Positions 26,491 to 36,060 of a DNA stretch of 64,000 bases are shown piece after piece; positions within the stretch are counted from its first letter, which is position 1, and each line of letters begins with the position of its first letter. The stretch spans positions 43,455 to 107,454 of the forward strand of contig JBGCEJ010000006.1 of the NCBI GenBank assembly GCA_045106235.1. The letters are read 5' to 3'. The DNA is from Myxococcota bacterium (lineage in GTDB: Bacteria; Myxococcota_A; UBA9160; UBA4427). The notes under the pieces were generated by a model. It searched no databases and was not told the origin of the DNA. It saw only the letters and a program-made list of their open reading frames with translations. A program made the translations under genes and the position numbers.

Positions 26491-28713
26491 ATGCCTGCTG
26501 AGTGGTTCCATCGCTCCTGTTCCATCTGCGAAGCGAGCTGCGGTATTCGTGTTCTGGCGGACCGCGAGACGCGCAAGGTTCTGCGGATCGAGGGGAATCC
26601 CGACGACCCGATCAGCCAGGGGCACGTCTGTCCCAAGGTGACGGCGATGCAGGGCGTTTTCGAGGATCCGGATCGTTTGAAGCGCCCCCTTCGCAAGACA
26701 CCGACGGGCGAATGGGAGGAGATTTCCTGGGACGAAGCCTACGACTACGCGGCGGAGCGCATCGGCGCCCTTCAAGCCGAGTTCGGTAACGACACCCTTG
26801 GCGTTTATATCGGAAACCCATCGGGCTTCGACGTGGGTTGTCTCCTCTATAATCGTTTCGTGCTCGAATCGCTGCGAACCCCGCGCATGTTCTCGGCCGC
26901 GACAATGGATCATTTCCCCAAGCTGTTTACCTCGCGTGTGCTCTTCGGGAAGGGGTCGATCCTTCCGATTCCGGACATCGATCGCTGCGACTATTTCCTG
27001 TGTCTCGGGGGGAATCCCGTTGTTTCCCAGGGCAGCCTAATGTCTGCGCCGGGTGTCACGAAGAAGCTTCGCGCAATCCAGGAGCGGGGGGGGCGCGTCG
27101 TCGTCGTCGATCCGCGGCGAACCGAGACGGCGAAGCTCGCAGACGAACATCTCTTTGTGCGTCCCGGGAGCGACGCCTATTTTCTATTTTCGATCGTCCA
27201 CGTGCTCTTCGAAGAAGAGCGGGTCCGGCTTGGTCGCTTCGCCGAATTCACGGACGGGCTCGACACGGTTGAGATGCTCGCCGCCGAGTTCTCGCCGGAG
27301 TCGACCGCGGCTGCGACGGGGATTGATGCGAAGACGACGCGACGGATCGCGCGGGAGCTCGCCGACCATCCACGCGCTTGCGTGTACGGAAGGATCGGCA
27401 CTTGCACAGTCGAGTTCGGCACGCTCGCGAGCTGGCTTATCGATGTCGTGAATATCCTGTTAGGCCGCTACGACGAGCCCGGGGGCATGATGTTTCCGCG
27501 TCCTGCGACGGGTCAGCACGAGCGGGGCAACCCTATGCCTCCGATTTCGATCGGCCCCTATAAGACGGCGGCGAGGGGGCTGCCTACTGTGGATGGCCAT
27601 TTGCCGGCCTCGGCCTTCGCGGAGGAACTCGATCCGAAGAGTGCGGGCGAAAAGCGGGTCCGGGCGCTGCTCGTGACGTGTGGGAATCCCGTGCTCTCTA
27701 TGCCCGAGGGAGACCGGATCTCCGAGGGGCTCGCCGGTCTCGAGTTCATGGTGGCCGTCGATATCTATCTGAACGAGACGACGCGCCACGCAGATCTGAT
27801 TCTGCCGACCGCGCCGCAGCTGACGCACGAGAATTTTGACTTCCTTTGTCAGTCGACGGCGGTTCGCAATCACGTGCGGTACGGCGAGCAGGTCTTCGAA
27901 CCGGAGCCCGGGGAGAAGCGCTCCTGGGAGGTCTATATTGAACTCGCTGCGCGACTGAATAGTGCTGATCCCGGGGCTTACGACGACGTACACGTGATGC
28001 AGAACGCGACGCGCTTCGCAGGGAAGCTGGGGCTCGACGCGGACGAAGTGATCGCGGCGCTCGGGGACGAACGGGGGCCTATGCGGATCGTGGATCTTCA
28101 GCTGCGATGTGGGCCGTACGGCGATCATTTTGGGAAGCGGCCCGAAGGGCTGAACCTCGACAAGCTGAAGAAAGCGCGGGCCGCGGTGGATCTGGGCCCG
28201 TTAGAGCCGCGCTTTCCCGACATCCTGCGGACAGAAGGCAGGCGGATTGACCTTGCAGATCGACGGATCACAGACGATGTGGCGCGACTTATCGAGCGCC
28301 GCACGAGCTTTGAAGATCCCGACGGCCTTCGCTTGATCGGTCGACGTCAGGCTCGGGGAATGAATTCCTGGCTTCACAACCTGCCTAACCTCGCCAAGGG
28401 GAAGCCGCGTTGTACGCTGCTGATACATCCCGAGGATGCGCGGCGCCACGGTGTTCGCGATGGAGGTCGGGCGGCGCTCGAATCTCGGACCGGGCAGCTT
28501 GAGGTCGATGTGGAAGTGAGCGAAGAGATGATGCGGGGCGTTGTGAGTCTTCCTCACGGCTTTGGTCATGGAGGGCAGGGGACGCGTCTAGGTGTTGCGG
28601 TTGAGCGACAGCCCGGCGTCAATGCGAATGCCTTGACCGACGCGGCGCCCCTCGACGTGCCTTCCGGCACGAGTGTCGCGAACGGCATTCCGGTCGAGGT
28701 TCGCGGGATCTAG
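26491..28713 (+). CDS. Molybdopterin (bis-MGD) oxidoreductase, single-subunit type
   Basis: N-terminal 4Fe-4S motif CSICEASCG...GHVCPK, molybdopterin oxidoreductase core, and C-terminal MopB beta-barrel (VSLPHGFGH). Confidence 0.9.
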   Translation: MPAEWFHRSCSICEASCGIRVLADRETRKVLRIEGNPDDPISQGHVCPKVTAMQGVFEDPDRLKRPLRKTPTGEWEEISWDEAYDYAAERIGALQAEFGNDTLGVYIGNPSGFDVGCLLYNRFVLESLRTPRMFSAATMDHFPKLFTSRVLFGKGSILPIPDIDRCDYFLCLGGNPVVSQGSLMSAPGVTKKLRAIQERGGRVVVVDPRRTETAKLADEHLFVRPGSDAYFLFSIVHVLFEEERVRLGRFAEFTDGLDTVEMLAAEFSPESTAAATGIDAKTTRRIARELADHPRACVYGRIGTCTVEFGTLASWLIDVVNILLGRYDEPGGMMFPRPATGQHERGNPMPPISIGPYKTAARGLPTVDGHLPASAFAEELDPKSAGEKRVRALLVTCGNPVLSMPEGDRISEGLAGLEFMVAVDIYLNETTRHADLILPTAPQLTHENFDFLCQSTAVRNHVRYGEQVFEPEPGEKRSWEVYIELAARLNSADPGAYDDVHVMQNATRFAGKLGLDADEVIAALGDERGPMRIVDLQLRCGPYGDHFGKRPEGLNLDKLKKARAAVDLGPLEPRFPDILRTEGRRIDLADRRITDDVARLIERRTSFEDPDGLRLIGRRQARGMNSWLHNLPNLAKGKPRCTLLIHPEDARRHGVRDGGRAALESRTGQLEVDVEVSEEMMRGVVSLPHGFGHGGQGTRLGVAVERQPGVNANALTDAAPLDVPSGTSVANGIPVEVRGI

Positions 28714-29046
28714 GTTCGCTCAATCGGTTCCGCGGGGCGGGCGGCAGGAAAATCTTCGCGTAGGCTCGCCCCTCGTGCCCCTGTAAAAGGAAGCGCCGAG
28801 GCTGCTTTCGGAATGCCCGCGAATAACGACTTCCTTTGGTTGAATGTCTTTCTGCGGGCCACCGCTGCGCCTCCGGCCGCCGTCCCCGCGCCGGGCGTGG
28901 GGAGCTTGGTCGGGTTTGCGCTGGACACTATTTCCATGGGGACCCGTGCGCTCATGCCGCGTCGGGGCTGACGTTAAACGACGCAAGCTTTCGCGAGAGC
29001 CGCACGGACCAGTCTTCCAAAGACTGGAAAGCTGGAAGTTCAATAC

Positions 29047-30078
29047 CTAAGTCCGACGCCCACGCTGACGCGAAACGACACCGAGGGCGAGGACGCCCGC
29101 CGCCATGAGCGGCCCGAATCCGGGTTCGGGCACGATGCTCAGAGGGGGCGCATCTGCTCCCTCAAGTGTGAAGCCGTCGACCAGCAGAACTCCAAGGGAT
29201 GCTGTGTTCAAAAAGTCCACATAGCCTTCCGCGGCGTCTACATTTCCTGTCTCACCCACATTGAGTTCACGGAAATCTTCTAGAAAGGCATGCGTCGCAG
29301 ATCCAATCGCAGCGCCAAAGACGTTCACAGTATCACCCCCTGAAACAGGCACGGTGATCCCGATTCTCATGCTGAGCGCGTTTGCATTTGTCGAGAGAAA
29401 CTCAACCTGGGTCCAGACGCCATTCAAATTCGGGTTGGCAATCAAGTTGCTGAATGCGTCGAAGACTTGGAACGACTCTCCGGGAACCACGACATTTGAA
29501 TCGGGCATCCAATCTTGATCATCGAAGTTTAAGTATCGGCCTGCCAGGGAATATCTTCTCGTGGCAAGAGGGTTTCCAGCGGGAGTCACCGTAATAATCA
29601 CCCCACCGGATAGTCCGAGCGCGGGGGAGCCAACGTCATAATTGAAGGAACCGTCCACGTCTGCGAATACAGTCATCAGAGACTGCCCGGTCCCACTCAA
29701 AGTCGCGTCATAAGAGATAAGTCCCGACATATTCGCGACCAGCGCCGGATCGTTCGTTCCCTCAAACGTACCGATGAGGTTCTCTGTTCGAGTCACCGCT
29801 CGTGCGGCGTCAAGGCGATAGCCCGAGTAGCCTCGAATCAGTCCTGTATTTTCATCTACGTCGGCGCCATTCGTATGAGAATAGTCTTCATCACTCATCA
29901 CGGGATCGAGGGTTGGGTTCACGACGACGTTCCCCGCACCGATGACTGACTCGACGGTGTCTGCCGCGTCCGCGGGGTGGAACACGACGAATGCCGTCCC
30001 CATCGCTTGAGTTGAACCGAATAGAATGAAAAAAGGTGCCGCAAACAACAGGATGGAAGTACGGAATTCGATCTTCAT
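29047..30078 (-). CDS. PEP-CTERM sorting-domain protein
   Basis: Signal peptide from ATG 30078. C-terminus IVPEPGFGPLMAAGVLALGVVSRQRGRR. Confidence 0.8.
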   Translation of the reverse strand: MKIEFRTSILLFAAPFFILFGSTQAMGTAFVVFHPADAADTVESVIGAGNVVVNPTLDPVMSDEDYSHTNGADVDENTGLIRGYSGYRLDAARAVTRTENLIGTFEGTNDPALVANMSGLISYDATLSGTGQSLMTVFADVDGSFNYDVGSPALGLSGGVIITVTPAGNPLATRRYSLAGRYLNFDDQDWMPDSNVVVPGESFQVFDAFSNLIANPNLNGVWTQVEFLSTNANALSMRIGITVPVSGGDTVNVFGAAIGSATHAFLEDFRELNVGETGNVDAAEGYVDFLNTASLGVLLVDGFTLEGADAPPLSIVPEPGFGPLMAAGVLALGVVSRQRGRRT

Positions 30079-30250
30079 GGATCCTCGCAGGGGATTTGAC
30101 AAGAAATGGCGAACGGTCGGAAAGAGCTGCAAATCCGCCACTCACAAGATGGGGCGTCGTAGTAATTCATAGCCGACCGCGCAGCCGAGCACGCCCATTC
30201 TCATGAATGGGCGTGAATGAGCGTGTAGACGACTCGGTCTGAACCTTTTG

Positions 30251-33200
30251 TCACGCGCTCTCGGCAGCGTGTCCTCGGCGATACAAGGCTTGAAGGAGGC
30301 AGAGCCCTGCGCCTAGAAGGAGTCCAAATGCGGGCTCGGGAACGTACGAAGTCTCGAAAGTGCCTGTGAGTCCCCCAGTCACGAGGTCGAGATCGCCATT
30401 GCCGTCTAGGTCTGCGAACACCGGTGTGGAGAAGTCCCCCGTGTCCTCTCCGTCAAAGGGGTTGTCTGATCCGTTTCTGGAGATGAAGGTGGGGGCCGTC
30501 GCGCTCCCGGTATTCTCGAAGAAATAGAATACGCCGGCGAGTTCACCGACCACGAGATCCAGATCGCCGTCCTTGTCTGCATCGACGAGAGCAGGCGTCG
30601 AGTTTCTCCCGACATCTTCGCCATTCATCGGGTTGCTTGCGCCCGTGAGTTCCAGAAAGGTCGGGTTCGTTTTACTCCCCCTGTTCTCGAAATAGCGAAT
30701 CGTTCCTTCCTCGGCGCCCGAGATCAGGTCGAGGTCGCCATCGCCATCCAAGTCGCCCAGCGCGGGCGCCGACTCGAATCCAATATCCTCTGCGAACATT
30801 GGACTGCCGACTCCGGCGAGGACGGTAAAGTCGGGGTCGTTGGCCCTTCCTACGTTTTCGTAGTAGATGAATGTGCCGTTGACCTCGCCGGAAATAACAT
30901 CGTCATCCCCGTCGCCGTCGAGGTCTCCCAGGGCAGGCTTGGCGAGGGCGCCGACGACCTCGAGTCCAAAGGGACTCGCTGCCTGCTGGAAAATTGCGTT
31001 CGTGGCGCCGCCCGTGTTCTCAAAGAAGGTGAACCTTTGATCTTGCTCCCCTGAGATGAGGTCGAGGTCTCCGTCGCCATCGAGGTCGCTGAGTGCAGCG
31101 GCTGAATAGGAGCCAATATCGACGCCGCTGAGGGGGTTGTACGCGGCAATGAATCCCTGCATCGAACTCGTGGGGACGATGATCGTATTTTCGTAGAAGC
31201 GGAAATCACCGTCATCGGTCCCAACGATGAGGTCAAGGTCTCCGTCGCCGTCCATATCACCCGAGGAAGGTCCTGAATTGGCGCCCGCGAAGGGAATCTC
31301 GAGTGGGCTCGACGCGCCAGCGAGTTCGCTGAACGCGGGATTCATGGGGGTTCCCGTATTCTCAAAATAGTGGGACAAGCCGTTCTCGTCCCCGACAGCG
31401 AGATCGAGGTCTCCGTCCCCGTCAAAATCGCCGAGTGCCGGTTTTGAGCGATTGCCGATGTCCGCGCCGTCGAGGGGATTGGCAGCGCCGGTTTGGGGAG
31501 CGAAGTCGGGGCCCATGTTTTGGAAATAGGAGAGCGTGCCAAAGGCCTCGCCCACCAGGAGGTCCGGATCCCCATCCCCATCGAGGTCAGCCATGGTGGG
31601 GCTCGAGCTTATCCCCACATCGATATAGTCCACGCCGCTGAAGGGTTGGAAATTGAAAACCGGGTTCGTGCTGCTGCCCACATTGCTGTAGTAGAGAATT
31701 TCGCCTGAGCTTGCTCCGACAAAGAGATCAAGGTCTCCGTCGTGATCGAAGTCAGCGAGCGCCGGGCTGGAGCTACCACCCGTGCCTTCTCCGTCGAGCG
31801 GGTCGGCCGCGCCGACTTGCAAGATGAAGGCGGGGCTTGTCGCGGTCCCTGTGTTCAGGAAGTAGCTAAAAGTACCGTCGAGTTTTCCGCTAATGACGTC
31901 GAGGTCCCCATCGCCGTCGAGGTCGGCTTGGACCGGGGAAGAGACGAGTCCGATATCCTGACCTTCGAGTGGGTTCCCGCTTCCGACACGTTCAATCATG
32001 ACGCTGTCGAGGTTCTCGAAATACGTCACGCCCGACGGCCCACCTTGGTAGAGGAGGTCTATATCGCCATCGCCGTCGAGGTCGCCGCCCGTCGGATTCT
32101 CACCATTCTGGCTGAGCTCGCTGTAGCGGAAAGCGCCTTGATTGATCGCCTGGGGAACGAATACTGGATTGGTGGCACTTCCCGTATTCTCCAAATAGAC
32201 AGGACTAAAGCCCAATGCGACGGCATCCAAGTCGCCGTCGCTATCGAGATCGCCGAACCAGACGCTGTGTGTGTTGCCTGGATTAATTCCGTCGAGTGGG
32301 TTGGCGGCACCGACCTGGAGCGTGAAGACCGGGCTCAAGGCGCTTCCCGTATTCTCGAAATAGCGAAATCCGGCCGAGAGTCCGCCCACCATCAAGTCCA
32401 GATCGAGGTCTCCGTCGAGATCCGCCAGGGTCGGTTGGGCGAAGACTCCGCCGTTCACTCCGTCGAGTGGATTCCCCGCTCCAGTCAGCTCCGTGAAAAC
32501 CGGCGAATTGGCCGTGCCCGTATTCGAGTAGTAGACGAAGAATCCGGTATTGATTCCGACGAGAAGATCGAGGTCGCCGTCGCCGTCGAGATCGCCGATC
32601 GCGGGAATGCTATCGAGTCCGGCATCGAATCCATCGAGCGGATTCTGAATTCCAACTTGAGCCGTAAAGCTTGGAGCGTTCGCTGACCCCGTGTTTTCGA
32701 AATAGCGAAAGTCGCCGCCTGATTGTCCGGCGAGCAAGTCGAGATCCCCATCCGCATCGAGATCCGCCATCGCAGGAGCCAATCCGGATCCGAGGCTGGC
32801 TAGGCTCAGCCCGTCGAAGACGTTTGCTCGCTTCTCTCGTTCGACCAAGTCGCCTTGGAGGTTCTCGAAGTAGACAAGCGTTCCAAGATCACCGTCCATC
32901 GCAACCAGGTCGAGGTCGCCGTCGCCGTCAAGATCGCCGAATGCGGGACGCGGACGGAAGTTGAGATCGGCTTCTTTGAGTGGGTTTGCCTCGTCTTCGA
33001 GCAACTCAAAGACAGGCGCATTGACGCTGCCTGTATTCTCGGCATAGCGAAGGCCGAAGCCAATTGTCAGCACGAGGTCTAAATCGGAGTCCCCATCTAA
33101 GTCGTGGAAGCGGAGGCCTTGGGCCGTGAACGTCGAACCCAATCCATCGAAGGGGTTGTCGGTCCCCGTTTGGTAGAGGAAGACTGGATTGACCGGCGTT

Positions 33201-33802
33201 CCGATATTCTCAAAGTAGAAAAAGACTGAAAATTGCTGCACGACGAGGTCGACGTCGCCGTCCCCATCGACATCCGCCATCGCCAGCCTTCTTGTGTTGG
33301 TGTCGAGGGCAGACATGAAGGAACTCGGCCCGTCGAGCGGGTTAGTTGGTCCGCTCTGAAGGACGAAGTTGGCGTTCGTCGCGCTGCCCGTGTTTCTGTA
33401 GTAGCTGATCTCGCCGCCGGCTTGGCCTGAGACCATGTCCAGGTCGCCGTCCGCATCAAGGTCGACCATATGAGGCGAGCTCGATTGGGAATAGCCGACG
33501 CCGTTCAGTGGGCTGGCGGATCCGGTCTGCTCGACGAAGTTCGGCGCAGTCGCTGTTCCCGTGTTCTCGTGGTAGGCGAAGTCGCCTGTGCTCTGGCCGA
33601 GAATGAGGTCTAGATCCCCGTCTCCGTCGAGATCGGCCAGCGCTGGCGAGGAAGCGACGTCCACGATCTCGCCATCAAAGAGATTGTCTACGCCAATGCG
33701 TGGGGCGAAGAGTGTTGCGTCGGCTGAGGCCAGGCCAGCTGCGAATCCGACGGCCAGCATAACGGCGACGATCTTAGTCGCGAAGGGGAGCAATTGAATC
33801 AT
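30251..33802 (-). CDS. FG-GAP/VCBS repeat protein with PEP-CTERM anchor (about 1180 aa)
   Basis: More than 15 repeats of ...DLDGDGDLDL...YFENTGSA.NP.F. C-terminus YVPEPAFGLLLGAGLCLLQALYRR. The start is either ATG 33802 (signal-peptide-like) or 33871. Confidence 0.9.
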   Translation of the reverse strand: MIQLLPFATKIVAVMLAVGFAAGLASADATLFAPRIGVDNLFDGEIVDVASSPALADLDGDGDLDLILGQSTGDFAYHENTGTATAPNFVEQTGSASPLNGVGYSQSSSPHMVDLDADGDLDMVSGQAGGEISYYRNTGSATNANFVLQSGPTNPLDGPSSFMSALDTNTRRLAMADVDGDGDVDLVVQQFSVFFYFENIGTPVNPVFLYQTGTDNPFDGLGSTFTAQGLRFHDLDGDSDLDLVLTIGFGLRYAENTGSVNAPVFELLEDEANPLKEADLNFRPRPAFGDLDGDGDLDLVAMDGDLGTLVYFENLQGDLVEREKRANVFDGLSLASLGSGLAPAMADLDADGDLDLLAGQSGGDFRYFENTGSANAPSFTAQVGIQNPLDGFDAGLDSIPAIGDLDGDGDLDLLVGINTGFFVYYSNTGTANSPVFTELTGAGNPLDGVNGGVFAQPTLADLDGDLDLDLMVGGLSAGFRYFENTGSALSPVFTLQVGAANPLDGINPGNTHSVWFGDLDSDGDLDAVALGFSPVYLENTGSATNPVFVPQAINQGAFRYSELSQNGENPTGGDLDGDGDIDLLYQGGPSGVTYFENLDSVMIERVGSGNPLEGQDIGLVSSPVQADLDGDGDLDVISGKLDGTFSYFLNTGTATSPAFILQVGAADPLDGEGTGGSSSPALADFDHDGDLDLFVGASSGEILYYSNVGSSTNPVFNFQPFSGVDYIDVGISSSPTMADLDGDGDPDLLVGEAFGTLSYFQNMGPDFAPQTGAANPLDGADIGNRSKPALGDFDGDGDLDLAVGDENGLSHYFENTGTPMNPAFSELAGASSPLEIPFAGANSGPSSGDMDGDGDLDLIVGTDDGDFRFYENTIIVPTSSMQGFIAAYNPLSGVDIGSYSAAALSDLDGDGDLDLISGEQDQRFTFFENTGGATNAIFQQAASPFGLEVVGALAKPALGDLDGDGDDDVISGEVNGTFIYYENVGRANDPDFTVLAGVGSPMFAEDIGFESAPALGDLDGDGDLDLISGAEEGTIRYFENRGSKTNPTFLELTGASNPMNGEDVGRNSTPALVDADKDGDLDLVVGELAGVFYFFENTGSATAPTFISRNGSDNPFDGEDTGDFSTPVFADLDGNGDLDLVTGGLTGTFETSYVPEPAFGLLLGAGLCLLQALYRRGHAAESA

Positions 33803-34266
33803 GCGGGCGGAGGGTCGCTGGGGCGTTGATCGAGCCGCGTTGGATAGGGGGGGGCGTTGGGTGGTGCGCATGGGGAAAACCTCTTCGGGTACAGGAGCAG
33901 GGCGTCGCAAGTCGAGTTGAAAAGAGGTCCAGGCCTCATCCCAACTCTATCAGAAACGGGGGTGAATACTGGCTTCGAAATCGCAGTGAATTCCTGAGCT
34001 TCCGCCCCGTCCGCCCCGTCCGCCCATTTTGAGCGGCCTAATTGCTAGTTAGATCCGATCGGAAACGTGGCGCGGTGCGATTTCGGTGAGCGAGCCGGTT
34101 TTCGGGCCGTCGCCAAGCCCCGATTCGGTTGCGGGGCCATTTGTAGTTGATTTGGTTTGCATTCATCGGCGCCGACCGCGTGGATTCGCTCGGGATCGAT
34201 CGGAGCGGCGAGGGCCCAGTCGAGCAGGGCGGGACTAACGTTAGGCGCGAGACGACTCGCCGATGA

Positions 34267-34756
34267 CTATTTCGTATCCAAGAAGGGCGGCATTTCGCCC
34301 GGAGGGTGTCGGTAGGACTTGTCCTTGGGGAAGGGCTGCAGGTCGGCTTCGCCCTCGTGTGTGTAGCCGTGGGTATCGAGGTAGTTGAAGGTGACGGCGG
34401 AACGTTCGGGAAGTTCCTCCTTGATCTCGTAGATGCGGTGGAATTGGGAGTATCGGATCTTCCACTGGCCGTCGACGCGAAGGTAACGATCGCGGTAGAA
34501 AGCCGTACCGAATAGGCGCATCCCTCGACGGAACTCATGGAGGTCGTCGTAGAGATACCAAGTCCCGATGGCACTGATGCTGGCGGCTGGGGCCCTCGGC
34601 TATGCCCGCGGTCGATTGAACCACGATCGAATTGAATCGCATCTGACCGCCTGTGACGACGGTGGGATGTCTCGGTCCGAGGGGCCGCGATCGGATACGT
34701 GGGGTCTTTCCTTGGAATTGACCGCGAGGCGTGCATGACGAGTCGTGTGAACACAA
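34267..34756 (-). pseudogene. NTF2/SnoaL_4-like gene remnant (frameshifted, N-terminally truncated)
   Basis: 34267-34599 encodes ...GTWYLYDDLHEFRRGMRLFGTAFYRDRYLRVDGQWKI..., a SnoaL_4-like C-terminus. The upstream part continues only in another frame and is too short. Confidence 0.4.
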
Positions 34757-34783
34757 GGCGGGATGAAAACGACCCTGGACGGC

Positions 34784-35494
34784 TCAGTCGTCTTCGCAGA
34801 GTTGGTTTCGGCGGGCTAGACCGGCAAGGCCGAGTCCAAGGAGAAAAGCGGTTCCAGGCTCAGGGATCACATTGATGGTGTAGGACGCGCTCGGCACATC
34901 GAAGCTGCCGTTCGGCGTGATCGCGGAGTCGCCGGCGAGCTGAGTGCCGAATTCGACCCCGTTGACGGTTCCTGTGACGAGAAATGTCAACGTTACGTCT
35001 GAGGTGTTGAACGTGCCGTCATACCCGTTGTCCTGGATCCCGTCATTGAAGCGGGGAGAGGATTCAGAGACTTCACGGGCTACGGAGGCTTGGATGATGG
35101 ACACGTTTCCGTTCGCTTGCTGGACCAGGTTCTGGGGATCGACCGGGCCGAAGCCCCCGTACAGGCCCCCGAGGCAGATCTCGAAAGAGATGCAGATGTC
35201 CACAAAATAGAAAGCGGCGGATTGCCCGCTGACGAGTTGGAGCCCAGTGAGATCGTTTCCGCCGAATCCTGACGCCGAGGCGCTAAAGCTCATGATTCCT
35301 TCAGCATACCAGGCACCCGGTCCGTCCAGATTGTCGACATTGAACTCGAGTGTGATGAGGTCTCCCACCTCCGCGGTGCGCGTTGTCGGACCGACGGTGG
35401 AAAACGCGACCGCGCTCGCGCTAGACGCAGACAGGAATAACGCCGTAGTGAGGAGAGTTGCTGCTAGTTTTCCGTACGGTCTTCGATTCTGCAT
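34784..35494 (-). CDS. PEP-CTERM protein, paralog of 49955-50674
   Basis: Signal peptide, TVGPTTRTAEVGDLITLEFNVDN, and C-terminus VIPEPGTAFLLGLGLAGLARR. Confidence 0.85.
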   Translation of the reverse strand: MQNRRPYGKLAATLLTTALFLSASSASAVAFSTVGPTTRTAEVGDLITLEFNVDNLDGPGAWYAEGIMSFSASASGFGGNDLTGLQLVSGQSAAFYFVDICISFEICLGGLYGGFGPVDPQNLVQQANGNVSIIQASVAREVSESSPRFNDGIQDNGYDGTFNTSDVTLTFLVTGTVNGVEFGTQLAGDSAITPNGSFDVPSASYTINVIPEPGTAFLLGLGLAGLARRNQLCEDD

Positions 35495-35631
35495 AACGTC
35501 GAATACCTCTTGTACCCGCGTGTACCTTCTTGAGTAGGCGTTTGGGCACTATACGCCAAGCCAGGGAGAACGCCCGCGAAGTTCGCAATGGGCACTCTTT
35601 GCAAGCTGAGCTGTTTGTTTCCCGTCACGAT

Positions 35632-36057
35632 TCAGCGGGTTTGCCAAATTGCGAGCCATTCAAATATAGGCGCTTTGACGCCGCCTGTATTCTCGGCATA
35701 GCGAAGGCCGTTGCCGACTGTCAGCAAGAGGTCTAAGTCGGAGTCCCGGTCTAAGTCAGGGAAGGCGGCGAGGGCCCAATCGTGCCGGGCGGCGACAAAC
35801 CCGACATCGTCTGCTGAAGTGCCGGAGACACCGGCGACGGCGCGGCAATGATTCCAGTGATAGTCACAGCCGAGACCCGAGAGGCCTGGGTCCGTTTCGA
35901 CGCCGTTGGGGATCGCGACCAGGAAGCCCTGATTCTCCGCGAGCCATAGGATTTCACCGAGAGATCCGGCGGCGACTTTCTCCTTATTCTGGTTTTCCCT
36001 GTGTAGATAGGAAGTGGAGAGGGGCGCGGCCGCGCCCAAGCGCGACGTGGCCTGCAA
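35632..36057 (-). pseudogene. Chimeric remnant: esterase (PHB-depolymerase/LpqC-like) fragment fused to an FG-GAP repeat fragment
   Basis: LAENQGFLVAIPNG...CDYHWNHC...SADDVGFV is esterase-like. It is followed by FPDLDRDSDLDLLLTVGNGLRYAENTGGVKAPIFE, about 80% identical at DNA level to 32992-33113. No signal peptide. Confidence 0.45.
35637..35757. repeat. About 120-bp duplicated segment of the FG-GAP gene (copy of 32992-33113)
   Basis: Shared 26-nt identical core CCTGTATTCTCGGCATAGCGAAGGCC and flanking similarity, read directly from both loci. Confidence 0.7.
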
Positions 36058-36060
36058 GCT

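Noticed and set aside
29009-29027. Perfect 8-bp hairpin CCAGTCTT-cca-AAGACTGG between convergent genes
   Set aside because: There is no U-tract on either strand, so it is not reported as a terminator.
31742-32686. 314-aa plus-strand ORF inside the FG-GAP gene (also 32855-33082 and 35530-35736)
   Set aside because: These are mirror images of the repeat-rich minus-strand gene. Their periodic EV.VAV.I pattern simply reflects the complement of the DLDGDGDLDL repeats.
34038-34754. 238-aa minus-strand ORF
   Set aside because: Ser/Pro/Arg/Thr-rich with no structure-like pattern. It overlaps the frames that carry the SnoaL-like remnant.
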